A DNA stretch of 63,695 bases, counting the filler, from Parasitella parasitica NRRL 2501 (lineage: Eukaryota; Fungi; Mucoromycota), in NCBI GenBank assembly GCA_025201805.1. It is 6 parts of 6 records of this genome, joined end to end, with 100 filler letters (N's around TTAATTAATTAA, not from the genome) between each part and the next. Parts side by side here need not be neighbours in the genome. Positions count along the whole stretch, not along the records: positions 61,955 to 63,695 come from MU619520.1; 5 more parts are not named here. One strand, 5' to 3'. Positions 62,162 to 63,695 of the stretch are shown one piece after another. The notes beneath the pieces are model-generated. The model did no database searches, was not told the origin of the DNA, and saw only the letters and a list, made by a program, of their open reading frames with translations. Made by a program: the position numbers and the translations under genes. Each line of letters begins with the position of its first letter. Positions within the stretch are counted from its first letter, which is position 1.

Positions 62162-62650
62162 TTATTCATCCAGTTACCTTAAATTGATATGGACTACATA
62201 TGCACACAGATAAGAAGATGTGCAATACAGATTTATACTATATAAGATGTAAGCTAGAGATTACACCATTAGGATGGATGACGCTATAGACTAATACTTA
62301 TATATTATATCTCGACACGAGCCTTTTAGGCATTTACTAAATCTAGTGTATGCTACGAGCTTATGCTTTATAAGATTTATGATTCAGATGTGTATTTCCA
62401 GTTTCTAGATACGCACTATAAGACATATATTTATATCCATATGATACTAGTAGCTACTATACAAATACATTATGTAGTATAGACTTGTGTACAATATGTG
62501 CAATGCTATAGATATGCTATAGATATGCTATAGACATGCTATAGACATGCTACATATACCAATATATGCTAAGATGAATACCAAGTGATATATATCAGAC
62601 ATGTACTACTAATATAGACTGGATATGACTATGCAAGAAATGATATACCG
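62162..62650. repeat. Dispersed non-coding repeat (inverted copy of 25322-25788)
   Basis: Reverse-complement match; internal TGCTATAGA(T/C)A tandem expansion near 62504-62552. Confidence 0.88.
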
Positions 62651-63695
62651 AATTTTGATTTCAAAGTAGTGACATTTAAGTTTTTTTAGTTGTTTTACAA
62701 CTTCAATTTAGTGATTATATGTTTTTTCAACTTAAGAAATGTCATATATTTATCATTGTTTAAGTTTTTAATAGTAGGCACCGGTATCGGTATACCTATT
62801 GTATTACCGTAATAAATGCAGATTACGTTTATATGACCAAAGCTATATACTTTAGTGATATGGTATAAATGCTTATAAAAAATACAATCCAAATAAAATA
62901 AAATATTTTCTTTACTTTTATCAAGTTATAATAGTTATCAGTTTACCTACCTTCACTATGGCCTCCTGGATGTTCTCGGTGAACAAAAATGTGCTCAAAT
63001 AGAAACATTATTAGGGTCATAGGAGCATATATATATATGCCTGTGAGAACATAAATGATTTTGCCCCAAAATGTACCTTTATAGAAAAAAGTCGAGATAG
63101 CTCATTTTTAATTAAATAATGTCATTTCTGAGACATCCTGGTTTTTTTTGTGCTTGTAGTTGTTTTAATATACGAAATATATATACAATTAAAACTGGAT
63201 ATATTTATTCATATATAAAAAATAAGATGATGTTCTATACACAAGATTTGCCTAGACTATTATATATTTATACTTTCGAGTGCTGACATCGGTTACTGTA
63301 TGTGGTTGTGGAATCGAGGCTTAACAAACTTGCACCAGATAGAACCAATTACTAGCCATGTGTTGCTAGTACAAGTAATCGTGAACCAGTTATTACCAGA
63401 AGGAGACAGGAAGGATAGTGGTCTTGAGAAAGAGTATAGTCGCCTTGTGGTATAAAGGGGATTTCTAATGAGTGTAACCATGGTATAATACTTTTGCATA
63501 ATTGTGAGAATACCCAAGTTGGATCTCAGGCACAACACCAACCCAACAACCCACCTCGCTCAGCCTTTACATCCTAAACAGTAGTAACATTTGCTACTTG
63601 ATCTGCCATAATGTAGGTTAGGAGATCATGATAGTGTACTTCAATTAAAGATTGGAGATTGTCCAATGATGTGTTGTTATACTGGTCGAAACAGG

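Noticed and set aside
62500-62555. CRISPR-like short repeats
   Set aside because: 10-bp tandem units without spacers in a eukaryotic repeat; no cas genes
63293-63695. ORF at the window end
   Set aside because: Stops in all plausible frames and no recognisable domain

Overview
Eukaryotic, AT-rich fungal genomic window. Short 50-65 nt GT-AG introns and the gene and TE families point to a Mucorales-like fungus (inference). It is a draft assembly with N gaps and five artificial N44-TTAATTAATTAA-N44 contig joins. Contents from left to right: a full-length but frameshifted DIRS tyrosine-recombinase retrotransposon (93-4423) with ITRs, ICR and an NPPW methyltransferase-like domain; a gene block (LisH-WD40, BCP1, ING-PHD, fungal transcription factor, polyQ protein, SGNH pseudo-esterase with a bacterial-type lectin-like domain, Pcl/Clg1-like cyclin); a tRNA/TE island (tRNA-Thr(CGT), tRNA-Asp(GTC), degenerate tRNA-Arg(TCT), solo LTRs, a Helitron 3' end, a Tc1/IS630 relic) around an amidohydrolase gene; a second gene block (PBP2/NMT1-like, DDHD phospholipase, Zn-ribbon plus double HMG protein, Kelch-TM-kinase, NudC, eIF5B, Irc3-like helicase); and a gene-poor TE tail (L1-like LINE, Gypsy). 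Most notable observations: (1) a single-pass receptor-like kinase with a Kelch ectodomain and a non-RD (CD) kinase domain; (2) a CACGTG E-box starting at -71 to -73 upstream of all three tRNA loci; (3) a solo-LTR family inserted 55-59 bp downstream of tRNA 3' ends; (4) a TA-CAG-TA Tc1-type excision footprint that frameshifts the DIRS reverse transcriptase.
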